DNA of 64,000 nt from Candidatus Marinacidobacterales bacterium (GCA_965219415.1 CBDCNP010000002.1:64001-128000), one strand, 5' to 3'. Positions 30,161-40,703 are shown, numbered from the stretch's first letter. Numbers and translations are program-made. The notes: generated by a model from the letters alone, not told the origin.

Positions 30161-31762
30161 TTGGGGCCATCACTGGGAAGCAAAGTCGGCGGTACCTATG
30201 CGAAGTACGTGCTCTTCGTGCTCGTCTTGGTGTATATCGCCAACTTTGTCGATCGGCTCATCATTTCCATCGTCGCAGAGGAGATCAAGGCGGACCTCGG
30301 GATCACTGACGCTCAGTTAGGCTTCCTTTCCGGTACTGCCTTCGCCGTTTTCTACGCGGTCTTCGGCCTTCCCCTCGGAAGACTCGCGGATCTCTGGGTC
30401 CGAAAATCACTCATCTCCATCGGCCTAGTATTCTGGAGCGCGATGACGGCGCTTTCGGGTACGGCGAGGAGTTTTCCTCAGCTCGCGGTCTACCGGTTCG
30501 GCGTTGGCGTTGGGGAAGCGAGCGCATCGCCGGCCGCGTTTTCCATCCTATCCGATTACTTCTCCCCGAAAGTACGGGCCACCGTCCTCGCTATCTATAC
30601 CAGCGGCGGCTATGTGGGGATTGGATTGGGCATTTTCGCGGGGGGATGGATCGTCGACGGTTGGAAGGCGACCTACACTGTGCCGGGAACTGCGCCCCTC
30701 GGCCTGGCGGCCTGGCAGGCGGTTTTCCTCATTGTAGGCCTGCCCGGGATCTTGCTTTCGGTTTGGGTGGCTACGCTGGTGGAACCGCGGCGGGGTCAAA
30801 GTGAGGGCATCTACACGGCCGCTCACCCGCACCCGTTCAGGGATGCGGGACGCGAACTGATGGCCATCCTGCCTCCATTTACCTTTTACAAATTGTATCA
30901 GTCCAAGCGTGGCACCCAGGCCCTAGCCACCAATCTCGGATTCTTATTCCTGCTCTTCGCCGGAGGCACCGCACTTACATCGCTCACTGGTAACGCCCAC
31001 CAGTGGGCCGTGGTTGGGGCCGGCTTCTATGCGACCTTCTCCTGGTTGCAGAATCTCGCCATCCGCGACCCACCAACCTTTACCATGATGTTCCGATCGA
31101 AGGCGTTTCTATATTCCGTGATCGGCTTTCCCTCCATCTCCTTCGTTGGCTATGGGGTGTTGTTCTGGACGCCGGCGTTTTTCATTCGAGCCCATGGTGT
31201 GGACGCAAGCGAGGTAGGAACCGTCGCCGGCTTGTCGATGATGGTAGGTGGCGCTCTCGGAGCTGTTTTGGGCGGCATCTGGGCAGACCGATGGAAGAAG
31301 ACGAATCCGCGAGCAAGGATACTCATAGGGCTCGTAACCGTCGCGCTTACCGCGCCGGCGGCGGTGGTCCTCCTGACGGCCCGCGGTGTGCACCTGGCTT
31401 ACGTTGCGAATTTCCTTTTCACGGGCTTTTCGGCGATTTGGGTCGGTGCGGCTACGAGCACCATCAATGATCTGGTCATGCCGCGGATGCGGGCCGTCGC
31501 CTCGGCATTCTACTTCTTGATGAATACGCTGGTAGGACTGGCCTTGGGCCCGTTCATGGTAGGGCAGGTGTCGGATTGGCTCACGGTGCAAGGGTATCCG
31601 GCAGTGGAATCTCTGCGAGTAGGGCTGCTATCGTGTCTGTTGTTCTTGTTGGTGCCGACCATTTGTTTCATCGCCTGTTTGAGGCATATCGAAGCGGACG
31701 AGAAGAACCGGCTAGCACGGGCATCTCGTGCCGGCGAAGAAGACCTCCAATTGGCTGAGTAA
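30161..31762 (+). CDS. MFS transporter (spinster-like)
   Basis: NFVDR, GRLADLWVRK motif A and GVGEA motif; multiple TM helices. Confidence 0.9.
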   Translation: MGPSLGSKVGGTYAKYVLFVLVLVYIANFVDRLIISIVAEEIKADLGITDAQLGFLSGTAFAVFYAVFGLPLGRLADLWVRKSLISIGLVFWSAMTALSGTARSFPQLAVYRFGVGVGEASASPAAFSILSDYFSPKVRATVLAIYTSGGYVGIGLGIFAGGWIVDGWKATYTVPGTAPLGLAAWQAVFLIVGLPGILLSVWVATLVEPRRGQSEGIYTAAHPHPFRDAGRELMAILPPFTFYKLYQSKRGTQALATNLGFLFLLFAGGTALTSLTGNAHQWAVVGAGFYATFSWLQNLAIRDPPTFTMMFRSKAFLYSVIGFPSISFVGYGVLFWTPAFFIRAHGVDASEVGTVAGLSMMVGGALGAVLGGIWADRWKKTNPRARILIGLVTVALTAPAAVVLLTARGVHLAYVANFLFTGFSAIWVGAATSTINDLVMPRMRAVASAFYFLMNTLVGLALGPFMVGQVSDWLTVQGYPAVESLRVGLLSCLLFLLVPTICFIACLRHIEADEKNRLARASRAGEEDLQLAE

Positions 31763-31783
31763 ACCACGGACGGGAGCGCCTTC

Positions 31784-33079
31784 TTAGGAGATCATCAGAG
31801 ATTCTTCTTCGACCCAGTGCGCAAGTAGTTGGCGTACGCGGTAGGAATCTACGGCGAAGCTGGCTTCGCACTCTGCTGGAGTCGCTCCGGAGGTTACTTT
31901 CTCCCACAGGGCATCGCTGAACTCCTGGTCTTCACCTTCCAAGGGAGTTGTCGGCTTGTCGGTTGTTTTCAGCGGGGCCTCGTCGGGGACCAACGCCGCG
32001 GCTCGATTCCACTCGTCATGACGCCGAACTCCTTCGAGGATCAGGTTCACGATCTGCTGGGGGGCGCCGAGCGGCCCATGCGAGGATTCGAGGTCCTCGC
32101 GAGTCGCAAAAGCAAACGTCCCGGGAAACGGTTTCACAAACAGCTGATAGACGGCGTCGTCGCCATTCAGTTCCCCAAAGCGTCCGCCTTGGAACAAACC
32201 CTCCTCGAAAGCTAGCGTTGCCTGGAGCGCGCCCTCGGCATTCAAGAGGCTCAGGACGCCGGTTTGCGGTATTTGACTCAACATTTGGAGCACCATCGGG
32301 AGACCGAATAGATCCAGATCGCCGCTCAGCCCGGCGGATGCCCGTTCGCTCTCCTTCTCGAAACCCGCCAGCGCCTTGGAAGCCGCTTCGGCGACCTTCT
32401 CCCCCGAATGCTTCTTGACGATCTCCTCCATCAGCTCCCGGACCTCGGGAGCCGGGGTGCCAGCCAGCGCCTGCACGAGGGCGAGCCTCTTCTCGTCGTT
32501 CTTCTTAAGCTTGAATCCCAATACGGACCGCATCTCTGCCTTGAGCGCGCCAACCAGTCTGCCGAGCAAGTCCTTCTTCTTGGACAAGTCGTGATGGCCG
32601 GCGGCGATCAATCGAGAGACGGTGTTCCCGAGACCGGTCTCCGTCTTCAACCCGTGATCGATGAGGGCTCGCCACGCGCGGGGAGACCCGTAGCGGGCAA
32701 GAGCGGTACAGGTCCGTTCGAGAGGGGCGTCGATCTCCTCGAGCGAGTAGACGCGCGCTTCAGGCTGCAAAAGCATATTCTCGAACACTTGCAGGTAGGC
32801 GAGCAACGTCCGCTCCGCATGCTCGTGCTCGCTCTGCGCCAGGAACGCGATCGCCTGTTTCACCATGGGAGCTGGACTCTCCTTGTTGCAGGCACGCATG
32901 ACCAAATTGACTTCTGCGCCGACGCTTGCATCCTCGGGCCGCTCGATGACCCGTAGGAGATAGATCAGGTTCATCTGAAAGAACGGGTCAACGTCCATCC
33001 CCGGCGTGATCGAGGCAGTAAGCAACCCGAGGGCCTTGGCCCGCGCCGCGGACTGATGTATTTCGAGGATTGTCAGGAG
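31784..33079 (-). pseudogene. 5'-truncated helical-repeat protein with C-terminal DUF4388 domain
   Basis: GLSGDLDLFGLPMVLQML…TGVL…GTFAF…LILEGVRRHDEW; frame is open to about 33079, where foreign sequence begins. Confidence 0.7.
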
Positions 33080-33220
33080 CTAAGCGGGAGATGAAGCTAC
33101 AGATCACGCCGGCGGCCGAGATCCTCGGACTCAGTCTCGCCGATCTGGCGAGGCAGGTACGCCAAGTGTTCTATGGTGAAGAAGCGCAACGCATTCAGAG
33201 AGGGCGTCACGACATCCGGG
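33080..33220 (+). pseudogene. about 140-bp internal fragment of an RND (AcrB-family) permease
   Basis: KREMKLQITPAAEILGLSLADLARQVRQVFYGEEAQRIQRGRHDIR resembles the AcrB docking-domain segment. Confidence 0.65.
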
Positions 33221-34592
33221 GAGCTACCCTCAGAAGGTGTGGAAATAAAGTAAAGGCGGAGTAACCTTCCGCGTCACGAAACACGGCGTGAAGGGGCCAA
33301 CGGAAGGAGACACCGCCATGAAGGAAAAGACCACAAGACGACGGAGCTCGTCAAGGGTGGCTTGGGAGTCGCTGGAGAAGTGGGCGAGGCTCGAGATCCA
33401 GGATTGGGTGCAGGAGCTGATGGTAGCCGAAGTCACGGAGCTTCTCGGGCGTGAGAAATCGGAGAGACGGAAGCCCGTGGACACAACGGCGGGCTATCGA
33501 AATGGATACGGTAAGCCTCGGAAGCTGACGATGAGCGTGGGCACGGTGACGGTTCGCCGGCCGAGAGTAGGGGACGTGGAGGAGAGGTTCGAAAGTCGAG
33601 TGCTTCCGCTGTTCAAGCGTCGGAGCGAAACGGTGAGCGAGTTGATTCCGGAGCTGTACCTGCATGGACTAGCTCACGGAGATTTCGATCTGGCGCTCCG
33701 CGGGCTTCTAGGGGAGGACGCTCCACTTTCTCCCAGCACGGTGTCGCGGCTGAAACAGAAATGGCAGGGAGAGTACGAGCAGTGGCTAGCTCGCCCACTG
33801 GACGAACTCGAGCTCGTGTCCCTGTGGGTAGATGGCGTGTACGTGAAGGCCGGCCTTGAGAAGGACAAGGCGGCGGTGCTAGTTGCGGTTGGTGGCCTGT
33901 CCGACGGGACGAAAATCGTCCTGACGCTGGAGGCCGGGCATCGAGAATCCGAAGCGTCATGGTCGTCGCTGCTACGGAGACTGAAGAAGCGCGGTCTGAG
34001 ATGTCCCCGTTTGGTGATCGGTGACGGTCATCTCGACATCTGGGCCGCGACCCGAAACGTATTTCCAGAAGCTGAGGAGCAGCGGTGCTGGAACCACCGA
34101 ATCCTCAACGTACTGGACCGGATTCCGAAAAGGGACCAGGCGCAGGCCAAGCCGCTGTTGACGGCGACCCCCTACCCCACCAGCCTGCAGGAGTGCGAGA
34201 CGAAGAAGGCCAAGTTCCAGGATTGGTGCTTGCGCAAGGGTCTTCCGGGGGCCGCGCACGTGCTCGACGAGGACTGGGAGCGGATGGTCAGCTTCTATTC
34301 CTTTCCCAAGCCTCACTGGCAACACCTTCGCACGAGCAACGTCGTGGAGTCACCGTTCGCTGCACTGAGATTGAGAACGGATGCGGCCAAAAGGTTCAAG
34401 AAAGTCGAGTCCGCCACTGCGACAATCTTCAAACTGCTTCTGGTTGCGGAGAAGAATTTTCGCCGGCTCAACGCACCGGAGCTGATGCGAGAGGTTCACC
34501 TGGGCGTTCGATTTGAAGATGGAGACAGGGTAACGGAGTCGTCGAAGGTTGCTGCTGCCTGAACTTTTTTACACACCTATTGACAAGAGCTC
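33221..34592 (+). mobile_element. IS256-family element, copy 1 (1372 bp)
   Basis: Imperfect TIRs GAGCTACCCTCAGAAGGTGTGGAAA and GAGCTCTTGTCAATAGGTGTGTAAA; ends defined by identity with copy 2. Confidence 0.92.
33288..34562 (+). CDS. IS256-family transposase
   Basis: YRNGY, WVDG, IGDG, QRCWNH and RTSNVVES motifs. Confidence 0.92.
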   Translation: MKGPTEGDTAMKEKTTRRRSSSRVAWESLEKWARLEIQDWVQELMVAEVTELLGREKSERRKPVDTTAGYRNGYGKPRKLTMSVGTVTVRRPRVGDVEERFESRVLPLFKRRSETVSELIPELYLHGLAHGDFDLALRGLLGEDAPLSPSTVSRLKQKWQGEYEQWLARPLDELELVSLWVDGVYVKAGLEKDKAAVLVAVGGLSDGTKIVLTLEAGHRESEASWSSLLRRLKKRGLRCPRLVIGDGHLDIWAATRNVFPEAEEQRCWNHRILNVLDRIPKRDQAQAKPLLTATPYPTSLQECETKKAKFQDWCLRKGLPGAAHVLDEDWERMVSFYSFPKPHWQHLRTSNVVESPFAALRLRTDAAKRFKKVESATATIFKLLLVAEKNFRRLNAPELMREVHLGVRFEDGDRVTESSKVAAA

Positions 34593-35234
34593 GGAATTCT
34601 TCCGTCTCGTGTGTAGCGAAGAATCTTTCCAGCTAGAGTATTGGCCTGCTGGCTAGTACACCGGTCGCACCCATTGTCCCCGACGCTGACGTAGAGCATG
34701 CCGTCCGGGCCGAAGGCAACGCTTCCTCCCTGATGGTTGCCGCAGACGTCGGAGGGTAGGCCGGTGATCACGGCTTCCGCGTCTTCGTCACCGTCCTGTC
34801 CGAAACGCGACATCCGTGAAGCGCGTCACGATGTTGGTGCGATTGGCGCTGGTATAGAAGACGTAGACCAGACTATTGGATTGGTAGTTGGGGTCGAGGG
34901 CGATACCGAGTAGTCCTCGTTCGCCGCCCGTCTGCACGCCGTTGAACGTGATGAGACGTCGGTCGCGGAGGGTTCCGTCTTCCACTACCCTCACCGATGC
35001 GGTCCGAACCCCACCGAAGCCGCCCTTTTCGGTCACCAGGATACGGTTGGCGGCGGTGAAGGCCATAGCGACAGGAAAATTCGGAAGGGAGACGACTCGC
35101 TCGGCGACGAATCGACCGTCGGCGGGAAGGCTTGGCTCGGGATCGGTTGGACTCGTCGGCGAGCCGTCCCCGCCGCAGTGAGTCAAGAGAACAACGAGCG
35201 CCGTCACGGCGACCCTAGCCCGCGCTGACTTCAT
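34593..35234 (-). pseudogene. PQQ-dependent sugar dehydrogenase (GSDH) lipoprotein, 5' half (frameshift near 34810)
   Basis: LTHC lipobox; GERGLLGIALDP, HQGG…FGPDGMLYVSVGD and LAGKILR…DGRIP, ending at the IS. Confidence 0.88.
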
Positions 35235-35262
35235 GTCGACGAGGCGTGTGTTGTGTGAGAAT

Positions 35263-35715
35263 TCAGGCCCGGCGGGGCGGCTTGGCAGGGAAGTGATTGA
35301 TGCCCAGCTTCTGTGCCGCATTGTCCGTTAAATCCACAATGGAGGCGGCGTTGATCCCGATCGCGATGACGATGGTCTCGCTGATCTCTTCTTTGGTGGC
35401 TCCGTGCTTCAACGCCTTTTGGACGTGGCCTTCGATGCAGCCGTCGCATCGCGCGACCAAGGACGCGGCGAGAGCGATGAGCTCTTGGGTCTTGGAATCG
35501 AGAGCCTTGTTCTCGCTGAAATAGGTTTCCTTGTAGAACTGAGCGTAGATGCCCCGCATCCGGGGTTGAATCATGGAGTAAGAAGCGGGCCCATCCTTTT
35601 TTTCCGGGGCGTAGTCTATGCCAGGGATGTGTACGCCGTTCTCGTTAGTAGAAGGGGTGGAAGGCGACTCGTCTGCTTGCGTTTCCTTCTTTTCCGTCGC
35701 GGAATCTTTTGCCAT
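35263..35715 (-). CDS. carboxymuconolactone decarboxylase/AhpD family protein
   Basis: LDSKTQELIALA…CDGCIEGH…GATKEEISE with CxxC. Confidence 0.85.
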   Translation of the reverse strand: MAKDSATEKKETQADESPSTPSTNENGVHIPGIDYAPEKKDGPASYSMIQPRMRGIYAQFYKETYFSENKALDSKTQELIALAASLVARCDGCIEGHVQKALKHGATKEEISETIVIAIGINAASIVDLTDNAAQKLGINHFPAKPPRRA

Positions 35716-35922
35716 TGAAACTGACCTCCTCGGGATCCTCCCACCAATCGAAACGTATGATAGCACAGACGGTTACTCAGTGACCGTCGGGGCAGGAGTG
35801 TAGGGGGCGAGAAGTGCCCTAACCGTAAGACTAAGATAATATTATGTTTATTCTCGCATCCTTGCCTTGCTTGCCACCTCGGTGGAGGCGAGTTAGGATG
35901 CCTACCTCGTAGGAGGTAGCTG

Positions 35923-36390
35923 ATGGCCTCTCGCCTGGCGGTCGCCTTTGAGGGCTACGAGGCATACCACCGAGCCCCGGGCAACAAGCTCTGCCATTGC
36001 ATCGGGATTCCTCTGATCGCCTTCACCCTCGTGGGTCTCCTTTCTTCCATCCCCGTGGGAACCGTGGGGGGGTGGCGCTTGGATCTGGCGATCGTCGTCG
36101 CCGCGGCGGTCGTGCTATATGACTTCCTGTTGAGTCCGCGTCTGGCGCTGTCTCTCGCGGTGGTCTTGTTACTTTCTTACTACCTGGCACGTCCGCTGCC
36201 CTCGTTGGTTCTATGGGCCGGCTTCCTTTTCGGATGGGCGCTTCAGTTTCTCGGCCACTTCGCCTTCGAAGGTAATTCGCCTGCCTTCGTCAAGAATCTG
36301 CAGCACCTGATGACTGGTCCGCTTTGGGTAGTGGCTCGAATCGTCCGAGAGCCGGTCGCCCATCGAGCAGGCGATGGCGAACAAGTTTAA
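35923..36390 (+). CDS. DUF962/Mpo1-like membrane protein
   Basis: YHxxxxNxxxHxxGIP and QFLGHxxFEGxxPAF motifs; AGGAGG RBS. Confidence 0.88.
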   Translation: MASRLAVAFEGYEAYHRAPGNKLCHCIGIPLIAFTLVGLLSSIPVGTVGGWRLDLAIVVAAAVVLYDFLLSPRLALSLAVVLLLSYYLARPLPSLVLWAGFLFGWALQFLGHFAFEGNSPAFVKNLQHLMTGPLWVVARIVREPVAHRAGDGEQV

Positions 36391-36402
36391 GGAGTCGCGG
36401 TC

Positions 36403-36801
36403 ATGCCTATTGCAACCCAGCTAAACCTCGATGTGGACAATGAAATCGGAGCACTGGCTCGACTATGTCGAGACTTGGCCGAGAGGGGAGTCAATCTCCT
36501 CGCCCTTTCCGCACCCGGGAGTGACGGGCAGAAAGGTCGGGTGCGGCTCTTGGTGGCCAATCCGCAACTCGCAAAGCAGGCCATGACCAAAGCGGGTTAC
36601 AAGTTCGGCGTAGAAGAAGTCGTGTTCGTCGAGATCAAGAACCGCCCCGGCGCGCTCGCGAAAACGGTCGAGAAGCTGGCCAAGGCCAAGATCGACGTGC
36701 GTTACGCTTACGCCACCGCATACACCAAGGCGCAAAAAACCGCGGCCGTCGTCGCGGTGGGGGAGAACGACTTGCCGCGGGCTTTGAAGATCTTGCGTTG
36801 A
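36403..36801 (+). CDS. tandem ACT-domain protein
   Basis: NEIGALA…GVNL and NRPGALA…IDV repeats. Confidence 0.85.
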   Translation: MPIATQLNLDVDNEIGALARLCRDLAERGVNLLALSAPGSDGQKGRVRLLVANPQLAKQAMTKAGYKFGVEEVVFVEIKNRPGALAKTVEKLAKAKIDVRYAYATAYTKAQKTAAVVAVGENDLPRALKILR

Positions 36802-36953
36802 GCGGAGGCGGTTTTCCAGGGAGTTCTTCATCGTCACATAGGGACGCAAAACGGGCGGTTACTCGGCCCGGACCAAGTATCGAAAAGTAACACTAGCCGT
36901 GTGGAACTAGTTCGTAGGGAAGAAGTGACAGGGGTCTGACCCCGCCCTATCTT

Positions 36954-37505
36954 CTATTGACGAAAGGCCAACAGAGACGCCGCCCCTTCACCCGGTATTT
37001 CTCTGTAGAACGCAACTCGCAGCTCCGGAAACGCCGTAAGGAGCTCGCCCGGGGCGAGGCAAAACTCCGGCGGGAATTCCGGTCGAGTTTCGAGATGCTC
37101 CTCGGTGAACGTTTCGATGAACAAGGCGCCGCCCGGTCGCAGGGCGCGCACCATGTCACCCCACAGGTTTCGATCCAGATAGCGGAAGCAAAGAACGACG
37201 TCGTACCGCCCCTCGGGGATCGGGAACTTCGTCAAGTCTGCGAGGACGAAATTGACTGAAAGTTTCCGTCGCTCCGTTTCCATCTTGGCGGATCGTAGCC
37301 CGGCGAGGCTCCAATCCACGGCGTCAACGCGGTACCCCTGCGCGGCCATGAGGAGAGCATTGCCTCCTCGACCGGCCGCGAGATCGAGACATCTGCCCGG
37401 TGGAAGGTGCTCGATTGAAGAAACGAGGAAGGCAGTCGGGTCGGCCGGCCCTTCCTTGGCGTCATGCTTCGCGTTCCAACGATGGCGCTCCGAGGTCGTG
37501 CTCAT
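36954..37505 (-). CDS. class I SAM-dependent methyltransferase (TehB-like)
   Basis: LDLAAGRGGN motif I, AVD and LRPGG. Confidence 0.85.
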   Translation of the reverse strand: MSTTSERHRWNAKHDAKEGPADPTAFLVSSIEHLPPGRCLDLAAGRGGNALLMAAQGYRVDAVDWSLAGLRSAKMETERRKLSVNFVLADLTKFPIPEGRYDVVLCFRYLDRNLWGDMVRALRPGGALFIETFTEEHLETRPEFPPEFCLAPGELLTAFPELRVAFYREIPGEGAASLLAFRQ

Positions 37506-37570
37506 GTGATAGGGTCCTAGCAAGTGTCGGTCGATTTCACTATAAACCATCCCCATATTGGAGGTGTCGG

Positions 37571-37665
37571 ATGCGTATGATCGCTATTGCTACGCTTCTC
37601 GCCATTGCGTTTGGCGGGGTCGCTATCGCGGTCCAACAGGAATACCCGAACTTCTCGTCGATAAC
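37571..37665 (+). pseudogene. 5' stub of a secreted-protein gene cut by IS256 copy 2
   Basis: GGAGG RBS and MRMIAIATLLAIAFGGVAIA signal peptide running into the IS end. Confidence 0.55.
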
Positions 37666-39037
37666 GAGCTCTTGTCAATAGGTGTGTAAAAAAGTTCAGG
37701 CAGCAGCAACCTTCGACGACTCCGTTACCCTGTCTCCATCTTCAAATCGAACGCCCAGGTGAACCTCTCGCATCAGCTCCGGTGCGTTGAGCCGGCGAAA
37801 ATTCTTCTCCGCAACCAGAAGCAGTTTGAAGATTGTCGCAGTGGCGGACTCGACTTTCTTGAACCTTTTGGCCGCATCCGTTCTCAATCTCAGTGCAGCG
37901 AACGGTGACTCCACGACGTTGCTCGTGCGAAGGTGTTGCCAGTGAGGCTTGGGAAAGGAATAGAAGCTGACCATCCGCTCCCAGTCCTCGTCGAGCACGT
38001 GCGCGGCCCCCGGAAGACCCTTGCGCAAGCACCAATCCTGGAACTTGGCCTTCTTCGTCTCGCACTCCTGCAGGCTGGTGGGGTAGGGGATCGCCGTCAA
38101 CAGCGGCTTGGCCTGCGCCTGGTCCCTTTTCGGAATCCGGTCCAGTACGTTGAGGATTCGGTGGTTCCAGCACCGCTGCTCCTCAGCTTCTGGAAATACG
38201 TTTCGGGTCGCGGCCCAGATGCCGAGATGACCGTCACCGATCACCAAACGGGGACATCTCAGACCGCGCTTCTTCCGTCTCCGTAGCAGCGACGACCATG
38301 ACGCTTCGGATTCTCGATGCCCGGCCTCCAGCGTCAGGACGATTTTCGTCCCGTCGGACAGGCCACCAACCGCAACTAGCACCGCCGCCTTGTCCTTCTC
38401 AAGGCCGGCCTTCACGTACACGCCATCTACCCACAGGGACACGAGCTCGAGTTCGTCCAGTGGGCGAGCTAGCCACTGCTCGTACTCTCCCTGCCATTTC
38501 TGTTTCAGCCGCGACACCGTGCTGGGAGAAAGTGGAGCGTCCTCCCCTAGAAGCCCGCGGAGCGCCAAATCGAAATCTCCGTGAGCTAGTCCATGCAGGT
38601 ACAGCTCCGGAATCAACTCGCTCACCGTTTCGCTCCGACGCTTGAACAGCGGAAGCACTCGACTTTCGAACCTCTCCTCCACGTCCCCTACTCTCGGCCG
38701 GCGAACCGTCACCGTGCCCACGCTCATCGTCAGCTTCCGAGGCTTACCGTATCCATTTCGATAGCCCGCCGTTGTGTCCACGGGCTTCCGTCTCTCCGAT
38801 TTCTCACGCCCGAGAAGCTCCGTGACTTCGGCTACCATCAGCTCCTGCACCCAATCCTGGATCTCGAGCCTCGCCCACTTCTCCAGCGACTCCCAAGCCA
38901 CCCTTGACGAGCTCCGTCGTCTTGTGGTCTTTTCCTTCATGGCGGTGTCTCCTTCCGTTGGCCCCTTCACGCCGTGTTTCGTGACGCGGAAGGTTACTCC
39001 GCCTTTACTTTATTTCCACACCTTCTGAGGGTAGCTC
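37666..39037 (-). mobile_element. IS256-family element, copy 2 (1372 bp, inverted)
   Basis: Reverse complement of 33221-34592 with about 4 substitutions. Confidence 0.92.
37696..38970 (-). CDS. IS256-family transposase
   Basis: 424 aa; differs from copy 1 at three residues (L/R, D/G, T/I). Confidence 0.92.
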   Translation of the reverse strand: MKGPTEGDTAMKEKTTRRRSSSRVAWESLEKWARLEIQDWVQELMVAEVTELLGREKSERRKPVDTTAGYRNGYGKPRKLTMSVGTVTVRRPRVGDVEERFESRVLPLFKRRSETVSELIPELYLHGLAHGDFDLALRGLLGEDAPLSPSTVSRLKQKWQGEYEQWLARPLDELELVSLWVDGVYVKAGLEKDKAAVLVAVGGLSDGTKIVLTLEAGHRESEASWSSLLRRRKKRGLRCPRLVIGDGHLGIWAATRNVFPEAEEQRCWNHRILNVLDRIPKRDQAQAKPLLTAIPYPTSLQECETKKAKFQDWCLRKGLPGAAHVLDEDWERMVSFYSFPKPHWQHLRTSNVVESPFAALRLRTDAAKRFKKVESATATIFKLLLVAEKNFRRLNAPELMREVHLGVRFEDGDRVTESSKVAAA

Positions 39038-39571
39038 AGAATTCCAGATGACAATCCCTTCGTGGAGATGCCGTTTCCCAGCTCGGCGTTTTTCGCCACC
39101 GGACTTCGCAATAGTTTCGACTTCACCTTTCATCCAGCAACTGGCGACATCTTCGCGACTGAGAACGGGCCATCGCAAAACGACGAAATCAATCGAATCT
39201 TGCCGGGCGTCAATTACGGTTGGCCCTTCTTTCAGTGCGGAGAATCGGTAGACACGGGGTGCTCGGTGCCCCGGCCGTCGAACCGGGCACCGGTTCAATG
39301 CTACGCCTCAGTCATCGCGCCAACCGGCATTGCTGTCTACCGGGGCGATGCTTACCCGGAGCCGTATCAGGGAAACGTATTCTTCGGCGATTTCAACAAC
39401 GGTGTTCTCCATCGCCTCGTACTGTCGGAAGACGGAACGACCGTTGTCTCGGCCGACGACCGATTCCTGAGCGGTTTTGGGGCGATCGTCGATCTAGCCG
39501 TCTCACCCGACGGGATCCTCTACGTCCTGACCGACCAGGATATCCAACGGGTGATGTTCGTGTCTAACTAA
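39038..39571 (+). pseudogene. PQQ-dependent sugar dehydrogenase, 3' half
   Basis: RIPDDNPF…GLRN…ENGP…DEIN…NYGWP…APTG…PDGILYVLTD. Confidence 0.88.
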
Positions 39572-39578
39572 ATGTTGG

Positions 39579-40703
39579 CTAGGCGAGAACGCCGAGCTGC
39601 TGGGTCTCGGGATTCGGCATGTTGGAATCTCGGCTCGCGAGCGCTTCTTTTTCGGCTTCTTCAATCTCGGCGTTCAGATCCCCCTCCGCGTCCTCTAGCG
39701 ATTGGCGATTGGGTTTCTCCGACGAGAGCTCGAACTCTGCGTCGGCCAAGTAAGTCTCATACATGCCGATCGGGTCGCGCCTCCCCCACTCCTCGAAAAG
39801 CTCGGGCGGCAGGATGGCCCGACTTTCTCCTTCATCGTGGGTGGCATGACCACCCATGCGGAACGTCCTCATCGTTACTACCACGGGCCCCCGTCCTCTC
39901 CGACACATGTCCGCTGCAAGGCGCACCGTCGCGTAAACGTCCAACACGTGGTTTCCATCGCACGTCATTCCGGTCACATCATAGATGGAGGCTAGCTCAC
40001 TCATAGGTCGGCGAGAATGCGATGCCAGCGGCGTCCCGAGCGCGATCTGGTTGTCCTGCACCACGACGATCATTGGCAGCCGAAGCGCCCGCGCGCACAT
40101 AACCCCTTCGTGAAAAGCAGTGGTGCGCGTTGATCCGTCGCCTACCCAAGTCAACGCCAGGCGTGAGTCTTTTTGTTGTTTGAAGGCCAACGCGGCGCCC
40201 GCACACACCGGCACCAGCGCGCCGACCATGCTGATAGGAGTCAGCACGCCTCGTTCCATGTCACCGAAGTGGATATCCCGCCCTTTGGTCGGTGAGTCGC
40301 CGGTGGCCAAATAGGCCCGGAACATGTCGGCCACCGTCATTCCCATCTCGTGGCAGGCACCGGCGTTTCGGATCATGGGACCCAACACGTCGCCGGGCTT
40401 CAGTGCATGGACCGCCCCTACCGTCGCCGCCTCCTCACCCGTTCCGAGCCAAGCCTTGGAGATGACGCCCTGCCGTACCCACCTCTTGAGCGCGATATCG
40501 TGAAGACGATTCCGGACGAGGCCCTTATAGAGTGCGAGGTGCTGCTCCGCCGTGAGTTGGTTGAGAATCTCTTTCCGCTCGAGATCAACATCGATCGTTT
40601 CCCGAAATCGATCCATCACCTCTAGATCGGGAGTCCACTCGACGTACTCGGGCGGATCGTAGGCTGCGTATCTTTTCAATCTGCCATCCCTGCCGGTGAG
40701 CAT
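39579..40703 (-). CDS. TPP-dependent 2-oxoacid dehydrogenase E1 alpha subunit
   Basis: GDGS…N TPP-binding motif, DGN, RMGGHATHD and RDPI. Confidence 0.9.
   Translation of the reverse strand: MLTGRDGRLKRYAAYDPPEYVEWTPDLEVMDRFRETIDVDLERKEILNQLTAEQHLALYKGLVRNRLHDIALKRWVRQGVISKAWLGTGEEAATVGAVHALKPGDVLGPMIRNAGACHEMGMTVADMFRAYLATGDSPTKGRDIHFGDMERGVLTPISMVGALVPVCAGAALAFKQQKDSRLALTWVGDGSTRTTAFHEGVMCARALRLPMIVVVQDNQIALGTPLASHSRRPMSELASIYDVTGMTCDGNHVLDVYATVRLAADMCRRGRGPVVVTMRTFRMGGHATHDEGESRAILPPELFEEWGRRDPIGMYETYLADAEFELSSEKPNRQSLEDAEGDLNAEIEEAEKEALASRDSNMPNPETQQLGVLA

Noticed and set aside
33221-39037. Composite transposon carrying four cargo genes
   Set aside because: The outer flanks (CATCCGGG vs AGAATTCC) do not match; the TSD pairs an inner flank with an outer flank, indicating inversion of resident DNA.
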